A DNA stretch of 64,000 nt, taken from the NCBI RefSeq assembly GCF_964204645.1, contig NC_134032.1:16613572-16677571 (forward strand), read 5' to 3'. A program made the translations under genes and the position numbers. The notes under the pieces are model-generated. The model saw nothing but the letters and a program-made list of their open reading frames with translations, was not told where the DNA came from and ran no database searches. This stretch comes from Tubulanus polymorphus (taxonomy: Eukaryota; Animalia; Nemertea). Every line of letters starts with the position of its first letter. Within the stretch, counting starts at the first letter, position 1. Shown piece after piece: positions 1 through 15,510 of the stretch.

Positions 1-3000
1 TATACACAGAACCAACACCAGCGACATTTCAATGATTCAACCACCACAAAGCTATCGATGGATAGCTGTTTTGAATATTTATACATTTAAAACGTAAAGT
101 CGCAATAAGGACGATCAGGAAACATAATCAGTCCCAATTCACCGACATATATTACAATATATACACAGGACCAACACCAGCGACATTTCAATGATTCAAC
201 CACCACAAAGCTATCGATGGATAGCTGTTTTGAATATTTATACATTTAAAACGTAAAGTCGCAATAAGGACGATCAGGAAACATAATCAGTCCCAATTCA
301 CCGACATATATTACAATATATACACAGAACCAACACCAGCGACATTTCAATGATTCAACCACCACAAAGCTATCGATGGATAGCTGTTTTGAATATTTAT
401 ACATTTAAAACGTAAAGTCGCAATAAGGACGATCAGGAAACATAATCAGTCCCAATTCACCGACATATATTACAATATATACACAGAAGCAACACCAGCG
501 ACATTTCAATGATTCAACCACCACAAAGCTATCGATGGATAGCTGTTTTGAATATTTATACATTTAAAACGTAAAGTCGCAATAAGGACGATCAGGAAAC
601 ATAATCAGTCCCAATTCACCGACATATATTACAATATATACACAGAACCAACACCAGCGACATTTCAATGATTCAACCACCACAAAGCTATCGATGGATA
701 GCTGTTTTGAATATTTATACATTTAAAACGTTAAGTCGCAATAAGGACGATCAGGAAACATAATCAGTCCCAATTCACCGACATATATTACAATATATAC
801 ACAGAACCAACACCAGCGACATTTCAATGATTCAACCACCACAAAGCTATCGATGGATAGCTGTTTTGAATATTTATACATTTAAAACGTAAAGTCGCAA
901 TAAGGACGATCAGGAAACATAATCAGTCCCAATTCACCGACATATATTACAATATATACACAGAACCAACACCAGCGACATTTCAATGATTCAACAACCA
1001 CAAAGCTATCGATGGATAGCTGTTTGAATATTTATACATTTAAAACGTAAAGTCGCAATAAGGACGATCAGGAAACATAATCAATCCCAATTCACCGACA
1101 TATATTACAATATATACACAGAACCAACACCAGCGACATTTCAATGATTCAACCACCACAAAGCTATCGATGGATAGCTGTTTTGAATATTTATACATTT
1201 AAAACGTAAAGTCGCAATAAGGACGATCAGGAAACATAATCAGTCCCAATTAACTAATATATATTACAATATATACACAGAACCAACACCAGCGACATTT
1301 CAATGATTTAACCACCACAAAGCTATCGATGGATAGCTGTTTTGAATATTTATACATTTAAAACGTAAAGTCGTAATGAGGACGATCAGGAAACATAATC
1401 AGTCCCAATTCACCGATATATATTACAATATATACACAGAACCAACACCAGCCACATTTCAATGATTCAACCACCACAAAGCTATCGATGGATAGCTGTT
1501 TTGAATATTTATACATTTAAAACGTTAAGTCGCTATAAGGACGATCAGGAAACATAATCAGTCCCAATTCACCGACATATATTACGATATATACAATGTA
1601 CCAACACCAGCGACGTTTCAATGATTCAACCACCACAAAGCTATCGATGGATAGCTGTTTTGAATATTTATACATTTAAAATGTTAAGTTTTAATGAGGA
1701 CGATCAGGAAGCATAACTCGCCCAAACTCAATATCACCCCATAACAGAGTGTATTAATTAACACGCAGCAGCAAGCTGCAGTATTAAAGGAGCCCATCAG
1801 TGTTGTAACACACTGACAATTCAGTTTGTTTGTCACGTTTCTACATGACAATTGAAGAAGGAAGGAGGAGACTCCTGCACTCAATATCACTCCAAAACAG
1901 AGTGTATTAATTAACACCCAGCACCAAGCAGCAGTATTAAAGGAGGTCATCAGTTTTGTAACACACTGAAAATTCAGTTTGTTTGTCACGTTTCGACTTG
2001 ACAGTTGAAGAAGAAAGAGGAGACTCCTGATTTCAATATCACCCCAAAACAGAGCCAGCAGCAAGCAGCAGTATTAAAGCAGGTCATCAGTGTTGTAACA
2101 CACTGACAATTCAGTTTGTCACGTTTCTACATGACAGTTGAAGAAGGAAGGAGGAGACTCCTGAACTCAATATCATCCCAAAACAGAGCCAGCAGCAAGC
2201 GGCAGTATTTAAGGAGGATGATTTATGATGTTATAATGTTTAATGTAATTAGTCTTTTTGTAATAATGTTTAATGTAATAATTCAAGAAGTTCAGGGAAA
2301 GAGGTAAGAATTAACACGCACCAGCAACGTGCAGTATTGAAGGAGGCCATCAGTGTTGTACCAAACTGACAATTCAGTTTGTTTGTCACGTTTCTACGTG
2401 ACAACTGAAGAAGGAAGGAGGAGACTCCTGCACTCAATATTACCCCTGGACAGAATGTATTAATTAACAACCAGCACCAAGCAGCAGTATTAAAGGAGGC
2501 CATCAGTGTTGTAACAAACTGACAATTCAGTTTGTTTGTCACGTTTCTACATGACAGTTGAAGAAGGAAGGAGGAGACTCCTGAACTCAATATTACCCCA
2601 AAACAGAGTGTATTAATTAACACCCAGCAGCAAGCAGCAGTATTAAAGCAGGTCATCAGTGTTGTAACACACTGACAATTCAGTTTGTTTGTCACGTTTC
2701 TACATGACAATTGAAGGAAGGAGGAGACTCCTGCACTCAATATCACCCCTGAACAGAATGTATCAATTAACACGCAGCAGCAAGCAGCAGTATTAAAGGA
2801 GGTCATCAGTGTTGTAACACACTGACAATTCAGTTTGTTTGTCACGTTTCTACATGACAGTTGAAGAAGGAAGGAGGAGACTCCTGAACTCAATATTACC
2901 CCAAAACAGAGTGTATTAATTAACACCCAGCAGCAAGCAGCAGTATTAAAGGAGGTCATCAGTGTTGTACCACACTGACAATTTAGTTTGTTTGTCACGT

Positions 3001-6000
3001 TTCTACATGACAGTTAATAACCTCCAAGTGCAAGGAACCAAAGTGAAGCTATCAAACAATAGCATCTTTGAGTATAACACCTTTAAAATCCGTAATATAA
3101 TAATAATTTGCTGCTACAATATATACACAGAACCAACACCAGCGACATTTCAATGATTCAACCACCACAAAGCTATCGATGGATAGCTGTTTTGAATATT
3201 TATACATTTAAAACGTAAAGTCGTTATGAGGACGATCAGGAAACATAATCAATCCCAATTCACCGACATATATTACAATATATACACAGAACCAACACCA
3301 GCGACATTTCAATGATTCAACCACCACAAAGCTATCGATGGATAGCTATTTTGAATATTTATACATTTAAAATTGTAAAGTCGTAATAAGGACGATCAGG
3401 AAACAAAATCAATCCCAATTCACCGACATATATTACAATATATACACAGAACCAACACCAGCGACATTTCAATGATTCAACCACCACAAAGCTATCGATG
3501 GATAGCTGTTTTGAATATTTATACATTTAAAACGTAAAGTCGCAAAAAGGACGATCAGGAAACTAGTCAATCCCAAGTCACCGACATATATTACAATATA
3601 TACACAGGACCAACACCAGCGACATTTCAATGATTCAACCACCACAAAGCTATCGATGGATAGCTGTTTTGAATATTTATACATTTAAAACGTAAAGTCG
3701 CAATAAGGACGATCAGGAAACATAATCAGTCCCAATTAACTGATATATATTACAATATATACACTGAACCAACACCAGCGACATTTCAATGATTCAACCA
3801 CCACAAAGCTATCGATGGATAGCTGTTTTGAATATTTATACATTTAAAACGTAAAGTCGCAATAAGGACGATCAGGAAACATAATCAGTCCCAATTAACT
3901 GATATATATTACAATATATACACTGAACCAACACCAGCGACATTTCAATGATTCAACCACCACAAAGCTATCGATGGATAGCTGTTTTGAATATTTATAC
4001 ATTTAAAATGTTAAGTTGTAATGAGGACGTTCAGGAAGCATAACTCGCCCAAACTCAATATCACCCCATAACAGAGTGTATTAATTAACACGCAGCAGCA
4101 AGCTGCAGTATTAAAGGAGGTCATCAGTGTTGTAACACACTGACAATTCAGTTTGTTTGTCACGTTTCTACATGACAGTTGAAGAAGGAAGGAGGAGACT
4201 CCTGCACTCAATATCACCCCAAAACAGAGTGTATCAATTAACACGCAGCAGCAAGCTGCAGTATTAAAGGAGGTCATCAGTGTTGTAACACACTGACAAT
4301 TCAGTTTGTTTGTCACGTTTCTACATGACAGTTGAAGAAGGAAGGAGGAGACTCCTGCACTCAATATCACCCCTGAACGGAATGTATCAATTAACACACA
4401 GCAGCAAGCAGCAGTATTAAAGGAGGTCATCAGTATTGTAACACACTGACAATTCAGTTTGTTTGTCACGTTTCTACATGACAGTTGAAGATGGAAGGAG
4501 GAGACTCCTGCACTCAATATCACCCAGGAACAGAATGTATCAATTAACACGCAGCAGCAAGCAGCAGTATTAAAGGAGGTCATCAGTGTTGTAACACACT
4601 GACAATTCAGTTTGTTTGTCACGTTTCTACATGACAGTTGAAGAAGGAAGGAGGAGACTCCTGAACTCAATAGTACCCCAAAACAGAGTGTATTAATTAA
4701 CACCCAGCAGCAAGCAGCAGTATTAAAGGAGGTCATCAGTGTTGTACCACACTGACAATTTAGTTTGTTTGTCACGTTTCTACATGACAGTTAATAACCT
4801 CCAAGTGCAAGAAACCAAAGTGAAGCTATCAAACAATAGCATCTTTGAGTATAACACCTTTAAAATCCGTAATATAATAATAATTTGCTGCTACAATATA
4901 TACGCAGAACCAACACCAGCGACATTTCAATGATTCAACCACCACAAAGCTATCGATGGATAGCTGTTTTGAATATTTATACATTTAAAACGTAAAGTCG
5001 TTATGAGGACGATCAGGAAACATAATCAATCCCAATTCACCGACATATATTACAATATATACACAGAACCAACACCAGCGACATTTCAATGATTCAACCA
5101 CCACAAAGCTATCGATGGATAGCTGTTTTGAATATTTATACATTAAAAATTGTAAAGTCGTAATAAGGACGATCAGGAAACATAATCAATCCCAATTCAC
5201 CGACATATATTACAATATATACACAGAACCAACACCAGCGACATTTCAATGATTCAACCACCACAAAGCTATCGATGGATAGCTGTTTTGAATATTTATA
5301 CATTTAAAACGTAAAGTCGTTATGAGGACGATCAGGAAACATAATCAATCCCAATTCACCGACATATATTACAATATATACACAGAACCAACACCAGCGA
5401 CATTTCAATGATTCAACCACCACAAAGCTATCGATGGATAGCTGTTTTGAATATTTATACATTTAAAACGTAAAGTCGTAAAAAGGACGATCAGGAAACA
5501 TAATCAATCCCAATTCACCAACATATATTACAATATATACACATAACCAACACCAGCGACATTTCAATGATTCAACCACCACAAAGCTATCGATGGATAG
5601 CTGTTTTGAATATTTATACATTTAAAACGTAAAGTCGCAAAAAGGACGATCAGGAAACATAATCGATCCCAATTCACCGACATATATTACAATATATACA
5701 CAGGACCAACACCAGCGACATTTCAATGATTCAACCACCACAAAGCTATCGATGGACAGCTGTTTTGAATATTTATACATTTAAAACGTAAAGTCGCAAT
5801 AAGGACGATCAGGAAACATAATCAGTCCCAATTAACTGATCTATATTACAATATATACACTGAACCAACACCAGCGACATTTCAATGATTCAACCACCAC
5901 AAAGCTATCGATGGATAGCTGTTTTGAATATTTATACATTTAAAATGTTAAGTTGTAATGAGGACGATCAGGAAGCATAACTCGCCCAAACTCAATATCA

Positions 6001-9000
6001 CCCCATAACAGAGTGTAGTAATTAACACGCAGCAGCAAGCTGCAGTATTAAAGGAGGTCATCAGTGTTGTAACACACTGATAATTCAGTTTGTTTGTCAC
6101 GTTTCTACATGACAATTGAAGGAAGGAGGAGACTCCTGCACTCAATATCACCCCAAAACAGAGTGTACCAATTAACACGCAGCAGCAAGCTGCAGTATTA
6201 AAGGAGGTCATCAGTGTTGTAACACACTGGCAATTCAGTTTGTTTGTCACGTTTCTACATGACAATTGAAGAAGGAAGGAGGAGACTCCTGCACTCAATA
6301 TCACCCCAAAACAGAGTGTATTAGTTAACACCAAGCAGCAAGCAGCAGTATTAAAGGAGGTCATCAGTGTTGTAACACACTGACAATTCAGTTTGCTTGT
6401 CACGTTTCTACATGACAATTGAAGAAGGAAGGAGGAGACTCCTGCACTCAATATCACTCCAAAACAGAGTGTATTAATTAACACCCAGCAGCAAGCAGCA
6501 GTATTAAAGGAGGTCATCAGTGTTGTAACACACTGACAATTCAGTTTGTTTGTCACGTTTCGACATGACAATTGATGAAGGAAGGAGGAGACTCCTGCAC
6601 TCAATATCACTCCAGAACAGAGTGTATTAATTAACACCCAGCACCAAGCAGCAGTATTAAAGGAGGTCATCAGTGTTGTAACACACTGACAATTCAGTTT
6701 GTTTGTCACGTTTCGACATGATAGTTGAAGAAGGAACGAGGAGACTCCTGATTTCAATATCACCCCAAAAACAAAGCCAGCAGCAAGCAGCAGTATTAAA
6801 GCAGGTCATCAGTGTTGTAACACACTGACAATTCAGTTTGTTTGTCACGTTTCTACATGACAGTTGAAGAAGGAAGGAGGAGACTCCTGCACTCAATATC
6901 ACCCCTGAACAGAATGTATCAATTAACACGCAGCAGCAAGCAGCAGTATTAAAGGAGGTCATCAGTGTTGTAACACACTGACAATTCAGTTTGTTTGTCA
7001 CGTTTCGACATGACAGTTGAAGAAGGAAGGAGGAGACTCCTGATTTCAATATCACTCCAAAAACAAAGCCAGCAGCAAGCAGCAGTATCAAAGGAGGTCA
7101 TCAGTGTTGGAACACACTGACAATTCAGTTTGTTTGTCACGTTTCTACATGGCAATTGAAGCAGGAAAGAGGAGACTCCTGAATTCAATATCACCCCAAA
7201 ACAGAGCCAGCAGCAAGCAGCAGTATTTAAGGAGGATGATTTATGATGTTATAATGTTTAATGTAATTAGTCTTATTGTAATAATGTTTAATGTAATAAT
7301 TCAAGAAGTTCAGGGAAGGAGGTAAGAATTAACACGCACCAGCAACGTGCAGTATTGAAGGAGGCCATCAGTGTTGTACCAAACTGATAATTCAGTTTTT
7401 TTGTCACGTTTCTACGTGATAACTGAAGAAGGAAGGAGGAGACTCCTGCACTCAATATCACCCCTGAACAGAATGTATCAATTAACAACCAGCACCAAGC
7501 AGCAGTATTAAAGGAGGCCATCAGTGTTGTAACAAACTGACAATTCAGTTTGTTTGTCACGTTTCTACATGACAGTTGAAGAAGGAAGGAGGAGACTCCT
7601 GAACTCAATATTACCCCAAAACAGAGTGTATTAATTAACACCCAGCAGCAAACAGCAGTATTAAAGGAGGTCATCAGTGTTGTAACACACTGACAATTTA
7701 GTTTGTTTGTCACGTTTCTACATGACAGTTAATAACCTCCAAGTGCAAGGAACCAAAGTGAAGCTATCAAACAATAGCATCTTTGAGTATAACACCTTTA
7801 AAATCCGTAATATAATAATAATTTGCTGCTACAATATATACACAGAACCAACACCAGCGACATTTCAATGATTCAACCACCACAAAGCTATCGATGGATA
7901 GCTGTTTTGAATATTTATACATTTAAAATGTTAAGTTGTAAAGAGGACGATCAGGAAGCATAACTCGCCCAAACTCAATATCACCCCATAACAGAGTGTA
8001 TTAATTAACACGCAGCAGCAAGCAGCAGTATTAAAGGAGGTCATCAGTGTTGTAACACACTGACAATTCAGTTTGTTTGTCACGTTTCTACGTGACAGTT
8101 GAAGAAGGAAGGAGGAGACTCCTGAACTCAATATTACCCCAAAACAGAGTGTATTAATTAACACCCAGCAGCAAGCAGCAGTATTAAAGGAGGTCATCAG
8201 TGTTGTACCACACTGACAATTTAGTTTGTTTGTCACGTTTCTACATGACAGTTAATAACCTCCAAGTGCAAGGAACCAAAGTGAAGCTATCAAACAATAG
8301 CATCTTAGAGTATAACACCTTTAAAATCCGTAATATTATAATAATTTGCTGCTACAATATATACGCAGAACCAACACCAGCGACATTTCAATGATTCAAC
8401 CACCACAAAGCTATCGATCGATAGCTGTTTTGAATATTTATACATTTAAAACGTAAAGTCGTAATGAGGACGATCAGGAAACATAATCAATCCCAATTCA
8501 CCGACATATATTACAATATATACACAGAACCAACACCAGCGACATTTCAATGATTCAACCACCACAAAGCTATCGATGGATAGCTGTTTTGAATATTTAT
8601 ACATTTAAAACGTAAAGTCGCAAAAAGGATGATCAGGAAACATAATCAGTCCCAAATCACCGACATATATTACAATATATACACTGAACCAACACCAGCG
8701 ACATTTCAATGATTCAACCACCACAAAGCTATCGATGGATAGCTGTTTTGAATATTTATACATTTAAAACGTAAAGTCGCAATAAGGACGATCAGGAAAC
8801 ATAATCAATCCCAATTCACCGACATATATTACAATATATACACAGAACCAACACCAGCGACATTTCAATGATTCAACCACCACAAAGCTATCGATAGATA
8901 GCTGTTTTGAATATTTATACATTTAAAACGTAAAGTCGCAAAAAGGACGATCAGGAAACATAATCAATCCCAATTCACCGACATATATTACAATATATAC

Positions 9001-11368
9001 ACAGGACCAACACCAGCGACATTTCAATGATTCAACCACCACAAAGCTATCGATGGATAGCTGTTTTGAATATTTATACATTTAAAACGTTAAGTCGCTA
9101 TAAGGACGATCAGGAAACATAATCAGTCCCAATTCACCGACATATATTACGATATATACAATGTACCAACACCAGCGACGTTTCAATGATTCAACCACCA
9201 CAAAGCTATCGATGGATAGCTGTTTTGAATATTTATACATTTAAAACGTTAAGTCGCAATAAGGACGATCAGGAAACATAATCAATCCCAATTCACCGAC
9301 ATATATTACAATATATACACAGGACCAACACCAGCGACATTTCAATGATTCAACCACCACAAAGCTATCGATGGATAGCTGTTTTGAATACTTATACATT
9401 TAAAACGTAAAGTCGCGATGAGGACGATCAGGAAACATAATCAATCCCAATTCACCGATACATATTACAATATATATATATACACAGAACCAACACCAGC
9501 GACATTTCAAAGATTCAACCACCACAAAGCTATCGATGGATAGCTGTTTTGAATATTTATACATTTAAAACGTAAAGTCGCAATAAGGACGATCAGGAAA
9601 CATAATCAGTCCCAATTAACTGATATATATTACAATATATACACTGAACCAACACCAGCGACATTTCAATGATTCAACCACCACAAAGCTATCGATGGAT
9701 AGCTGTTTTGAATATTTATACATTTAAAATGTTAAGTTGTAATGAGGACGATCAGGAAGCATAACTCGCCCAAACTCAGTATCACCCCATAACAGAGTGT
9801 ATTAATTAACACGCAGCAGCAAGCTGCAGTATTAAAGGAGGTCATCAGTGTTGTAACACACTGACAATTCAGTTTGTTTGTCACGTTTCTACATGACAAT
9901 TGAAGGAAGGAGGAGACTCCTGCACTCAATATCACCCCAAAACAGAGTGTATCAATTAACACGCAGCAGCAAGCTGCAGTATTAAAGGAGGTCATCAGTG
10001 TTGTAACACACTGATAATTCAGTTTGTTTGTCACGTTTCTACATGACAATTGAAGGAAGGAGGAGACTCCTGCACTCAATATCACCCCAAAACAGAGTGT
10101 ATCAATTAACACTCAGCAGCAAGCTGCAGTATTAAAGGAGGTCATCAGTGTTGTAACACACTGGCAATTCAGTTTTTTGTCACGTTTCTCATGACAATTG
10201 AAGAAGGAAGGAGGAGACTCCTGCACTCAATATCACCCCTGAACAGAGTGTATTAATTAACAACCAGCACCAAGCAGCAGTATTAAAGGAGGTCATCAGT
10301 GTTGTAACACACTGACAATTCAGTTTGTTTGTCACGTTTCTACATGACAGTTGAAGAAGGAAGGAGGAGACTCCTGCACTCAATAGCACCCCAAAACAGA
10401 GTGTATTAATTAACACCCAGCAGCAAGCAGCAGGATTATAGGAGGTCATCAGTGTTGTAACACACTGACAATTCAGTTTGTTTGTCACGTTTCTACATGA
10501 CAGTTGAAGAAGGAAGGAGACTCCTGCACTCAATATCACTCCAAAACAGAGTGTATTAATTAACACCCAGCAGCAAGCAGCAGTATTAAAGGAGGTCATC
10601 AGTGTTGTAACACACTGACAATTCAGTTTGTTTGTCACGTTTCTACATGACAGTTGAAGAAGGAAGGAGGAGACTTCTGCACTCAATATCACCCCTGAAC
10701 AGAATGTATCAATTAACATCCAGCAGCAAGCAGCAGTATTTAAGGAGGTCATCAGTGTTGTAACACACTGACAATTCAGTTTGTTTGTCACGTTTCTACA
10801 TGACAGTTGAAGAAGGAAGGAGGAGACTTCTGCACTCAATATCACCCCTGAACAGAATGTATCAATTAACATCCAGCAGCAAGCAGCAGTATTTAAGGAG
10901 GTCATCAGTGTTGTAACACACTGACAATTCAGATTGTTTGTCACGTTTCTACATGACAGTTGAAGAAGGAAGGAGGAGACTCTTGCACTCAATAGCACCC
11001 CAAAACAGAGTGTATTAATTAACACCCAGCAGCAAGCAGCAGGATTATAGGAGGTCATCAGTGTTGTAACACACTGACAATTCAGTTTGTTTGTCACGTT
11101 TCTACATGACAGTTGAAGAAGGAAGGAGGAGACTTCTGCACTCAATATCACCCCTGAACAGAATGTATCAATTAACATCCAGCAGCAAGCAGCAGTATTT
11201 AAGGAGGTCATCAGTGTTGTAACACACTGATAATTCAGTTTGTTAGTCACGTTTCTACATGACAGTTGAAGAAGGCAGGAGGAGACTCCTGAACTCAATA
11301 TCACCCCAAAACAGAGTGTATTAATTAACACCCAGCACCAAGCAGCAGGATTAAAGGAGGTCATCAGT
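1..11368. repeat. Compound macro-satellite: blocks of 159-bp monomer A and 153-bp monomer B, with a ~110-bp linker, five A/B cycles with variable copy number
   Basis: A period is 159 (tatacacag at 1, 160, 319); A blocks at ~1-1680, 3115-4010, 4893-5945, 7830-7930, 8353-9730. B blocks at ~1725-3010, 4050-4790, 5990-7730, 7970-8250, 9770-11368. The A-to-B junction (aaaatgttaagtt...gcataactcgcccaaactca) and the B-to-A linker (aataacctccaagtgcaag...gctgctacaat) recur nearly identically. Confidence 0.97.
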
Positions 11369-13058
11369 TATGATTTAGCAGTTATTTACCCATCGTGTTC
11401 TGTAGCACTTAACTTTCATCACTACCGATTGATTTAGCAGTGATTTACCCACAGTGTTTTGTAACACTTTACTTTCATCACCACCAATTGATTTAGCAGT
11501 AATTGATCCATAGTTTGAAATGCGCTGCATTCAATAAGCAATTTCAAACTTTTCTATTGAGGAAACCACAGCAAAGAACTAAATGTATACAAACAATACG
11601 TGTCTTATTTAATTGTTGATGAGAGAGGAGAGAGAGAGGAGAGGAGGCATGTACACCTAACACAACGTTTAAAACTCAATATCACAACCAAAACAGAGTT
11701 GAATGATAGCAAGCATCAGCGACATGTAGTTTTTCAAATAAGGAAGTAATCAGTATTGTAAGTCACATCTATTTGACAATTCAAGAAGGCAAGGGAGGGA
11801 GAAGAGACTCCAAAACTCAATATCACCCCTTAAACAGAGTGTAATGAGCAACATGCAGTAGCAAACAACAGTATTTGCCGCAGTAGCAAACAGCAGTATT
11901 TGCCGTTTTTAAAGGAGAAGAAAGGAGTATCTTCTGTATTTGATACTCATTTGATGTCATAGCAAGGCCATTACCGGGAGTTATAGAGAACAAAAGGAGA
12001 AGCCATGCCACCACAAGATTTTAATTGTCTATGATTTTGATATTGTATATAAAAATGGCACGATATATCACCTCGTAGCAGAGGAAGGAGGTATAACAAC
12101 CGCAAGATCAGTACATCTATCAATGTTTCATTATATTTATCATTGTTTCAAGACACCAACTTTCAGTGTTTTGTAACACTTTAACTTTCATTACCACCAA
12201 TTGATTTAGCAAAAATTCATCCACAGTGTTTTTATAACTCTTAACTTTCAGATTTGTGTCTTACTTTTTTCGTGATGAGAGAGGAGAGAGAGAAGTCTTG
12301 TAGGAAATGTAGCGATACACCTATCAAAGCTTTTTTACAAATGCAAATCAGTCTATTCTAGACTATGGACGTTTGTTGCTGGAGGAGACAAACTGTATTC
12401 CAATCGAAACCCTTTTAGCTTTTTCTTAGAGAGATCGAACCCACAAGACGTCTGGCAAAGGCTTCAAACATTTTGATAACTGTTAGCGCAGAGCCAATGA
12501 TAAAATCAGCATTTATCATCATGAAAACCAAAGCTGAAAACTGCAAACCAGTGAAGGGAAGTATGCACAATCGATGAGATGATTGTTAATTTAATGTAAT
12601 GGTATCAATGCTACGAATGTATGTAAAAAGTGAACGTAATAGTTTGAAACCAAGATTGAATGCATTCATTTTGTTGTATTGAATAAAGTGTGTTCCGATG
12701 AAAATGATTAAAATCGCCTCTAAAATAGTTTCAATTAAAAAATATTCCGGAATGTAATATACAGAAAAAATTAAAATCATAAATATATATATATATACAC
12801 TAATAAAAAGAAATGGATTACTATTTACAAATCTACAATATCTACAAGAAAAATAAAAACTACTATTTACAAATTTACAATATCTACAAGAAAAATAAAA
12901 ACTACTATTTACATATTTACAATATTTACAAGATAGAAATAAAAACTGCTATTTACAAATTTACAATATTTACAAGAGAAATAAAAACTACTATTTACAA
13001 ATTTACAATATTTACAAGAGAAATAAATAATACTATCTACATATTTACAATATTTACA

Positions 13059-13093
<35 letters not shown>

Positions 13094-13391
13094 GGAGAGA
13101 GAAAGAGAGAGAGAGAGGAGAGTGTTGAGAGAGAGAGAAGGGAGAGAGAAGGGAGGAAGGAGAGCGGTGAGAGGAAGAAAGGAGAGGAGAGAGTTAGTGG
13201 GTTAGAGAAAGAGGAAGAGAGTTAGTGGGTTAGAGACAAAGGGAAAGAACATAGAGTGGGAAAGGATAGAGACAGAGAGGGAAAGGATAGAGACAGAAAG
13301 GGAAAGGATAGAGACAGAAAGGGAAAGGATAGAGACAGAAAGGGAAAGGATAGAGGTAGAAAGGGAAAGGATAGAGGTAGAAAAAGAAGGG

Positions 13392-13908
13392 GTTAAAAAG
13401 AGGCAGTTTAACGTCATACCACAGGACAAATAGATAAAAATCACTGATAAAATGTATGGATAAAACGTATTGTTAAAAAGAGGCAGTTTAACGTCGTACC
13501 ACAGGACAAATAGATAAAAATCACTGATAAAATGTATGGATAAAACGTATTGTTAAAAAGAGGCAGTTTAACGTCGTACCACAGGACAAATAGATAAAAA
13601 TCACTGATAAAATGTATGGATAAAACGTATTGTTAAAAAGAGGCAGTTTAACGTCGTACCACAGGACAAATAGATAAAAATCACTGATAAAATGTATGGA
13701 TAAAACGTATTGTTAAAAAGAGGCAGTTTAACGTCGTACCACAGGACAAATAGATAAAAATCACTGATAAAATGTATGGATAAAACGTATTGTTAAAAAG
13801 AGGCAGTTTAACGTCGTACCACAGGACAAATAGATAAAAATCACTGATAAAATGTATGGATAAAACGTATTGTTAAAAAGAGGCAGTTTAACGTTGTACT
13901 ACAGGACA
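13392..13908. repeat. 80-bp tandem repeat, ~6.5 copies
   Basis: gttaaaaagaggcagtttaacgtc at 13392, 13472, 13552 and onward; only ~1.5 copies in the paralogous block near 16551. Confidence 0.96.
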
Positions 13909-14719
13909 ACTTGTAAACAGAGGAACACTAGCTATACTACTTATATGTTACTAGGTATTTTAGACAATTCTATAAAATTCTATAATTATTTCAACCTCTG
14001 CAATTTTAATTCTACAAGTCATCTTTGAAAACGTTTATATGAGATAAACTAACAAAACATAACGTAGCATTGAATTAATATTAATGTAATCAGGAGCTGT
14101 AAATCTGAAATCAACCATCATCCATAAATGAGGAGGCGGGACTAATGCAATGAAATAATATCAATGCTCCAAGGTTAAAATGTCGTTAAAACAATAGATG
14201 CAACAAGTGATATCCGGATCAAACTAAGATTGGATGTTGTTTTGAATACTAAAATTATTCGATAGAATTAAAAATATTAATTATCAATTAAATCTATATC
14301 AAAATTTGAGCAAACGTGATGAAGTAATTTGCCAGCATCTGTATACATGGAACCACCACCCGAAGATTGATATATTTATGTAGCTATCACAGGACAGCAC
14401 GTTTAAAACGGAAAATCGCAATTATGCAAACATGATTGAGTATCACGATTTGCCAGTATACATGGAATCACCAACTGAAGATTTAAGATATATCACAGGG
14501 TGACTGTATATTCAAATATAATGATGAAAATGTGAATGTTTTACATTTTCACATACACCAAAGGAGAGATGTAGTTTATGGCAGTTATCAGCGACGCCAA
14601 TGAGATGCAGTCAGTAATCACCCGTAATCAACTAAAGCAGCAATCAGTGTTGTTTGTCACCAACAATTCAGTAAATGTCACATTTATTTACACTTGAAGA
14701 AGGTAAAGGCAGGAGTGAG

Positions 14720-15510
14720 AGGAAAGTATGCACAATCAATGAGATGATTGTTCATAGCTGCAACCAATGGAGTGAACTGTAACCAGTAAGGGAAAGTATG
14801 CACATTCAATGAGATGATTGTTCATAGCTGCAAACCATGGAGTGAACTGTAACCAGTAAGAGAAAGTATGCACAATCAATGAGATGATTGTTCATAGCTG
14901 CAAACAATGGAGTGAACTGTAACCAGTAAGGGAAAGTATGCACAATCAATGAGATGATTGTTCATAGCTGCAACCAATGGAGTGAACTGTAACCAGTAAG
15001 GGAAAGTATGCACAATCAATGAGATGATTGTTCATAGCTGCAAACAATGGAGTGAACTGTAACCAGTAAGGGAAAGTATGCACAATCAATGAGATGATTG
15101 TTCATAGCTGCAACCAATGGAGTGAACTGCAACCAGTGAGGGGGAATTATATCGCAAACCAGTGAGGGGAAAGTATGCACAATCAATGAGATGATTGTTC
15201 ATAGCTGCAACCAATGGAGTGAACTGTAACCAGTAAGGGAAAGTATGCACAATCAATGAGATGATTGTTCATAGCTGCAACCAATGGAGTGAACAGCAAC
15301 CAGTGAGGGGGAATTATATCGCAAACCAGTGAGGGGAAAGTATGCACAATCAATGAGATGATTGTTCATAGCTGCAACCAATGGAGTAAACTTCAACCAG
15401 TGAGGGGGAATTATATCGCAAACCAGTGAGGGGAAAGTATGCACAATCAATGAGATGATTGTTCATAGCTGCAACCAATGAAGTGAACAGCGAACAGTGA
15501 GGGGAAAATT
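14720..15510. repeat. 70-bp tandem repeat with longer variant units
   Basis: gaaagtatgcacaatcaatgagatgattgttcatagctgcaa every 70 bp from ~14721; later units carry a gggggaattatatcgcaaaccagtga insertion. Confidence 0.95.

Noticed and set aside
2780-2860. Hammerhead (retrozyme) in the 153-bp monomer: GAAAC...CUGAUGA on minus
   Set aside because: Stem II cannot form, the cleavage-site base would be G, and both motifs are buried in competing hairpins.
1684-11364. Long Cys-rich minus-strand ORFs (up to 391 aa) as real genes
   Set aside because: They are the stop-free frame of the 153-bp satellite; frameshifted and stop-containing units occur, and the 3-nt indels fall in a GAA/GGA slippage tract.
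1-11368. CRISPR-like array
   Set aside because: No unique spacers; whole monomers repeat; eukaryotic context with no cas genes.
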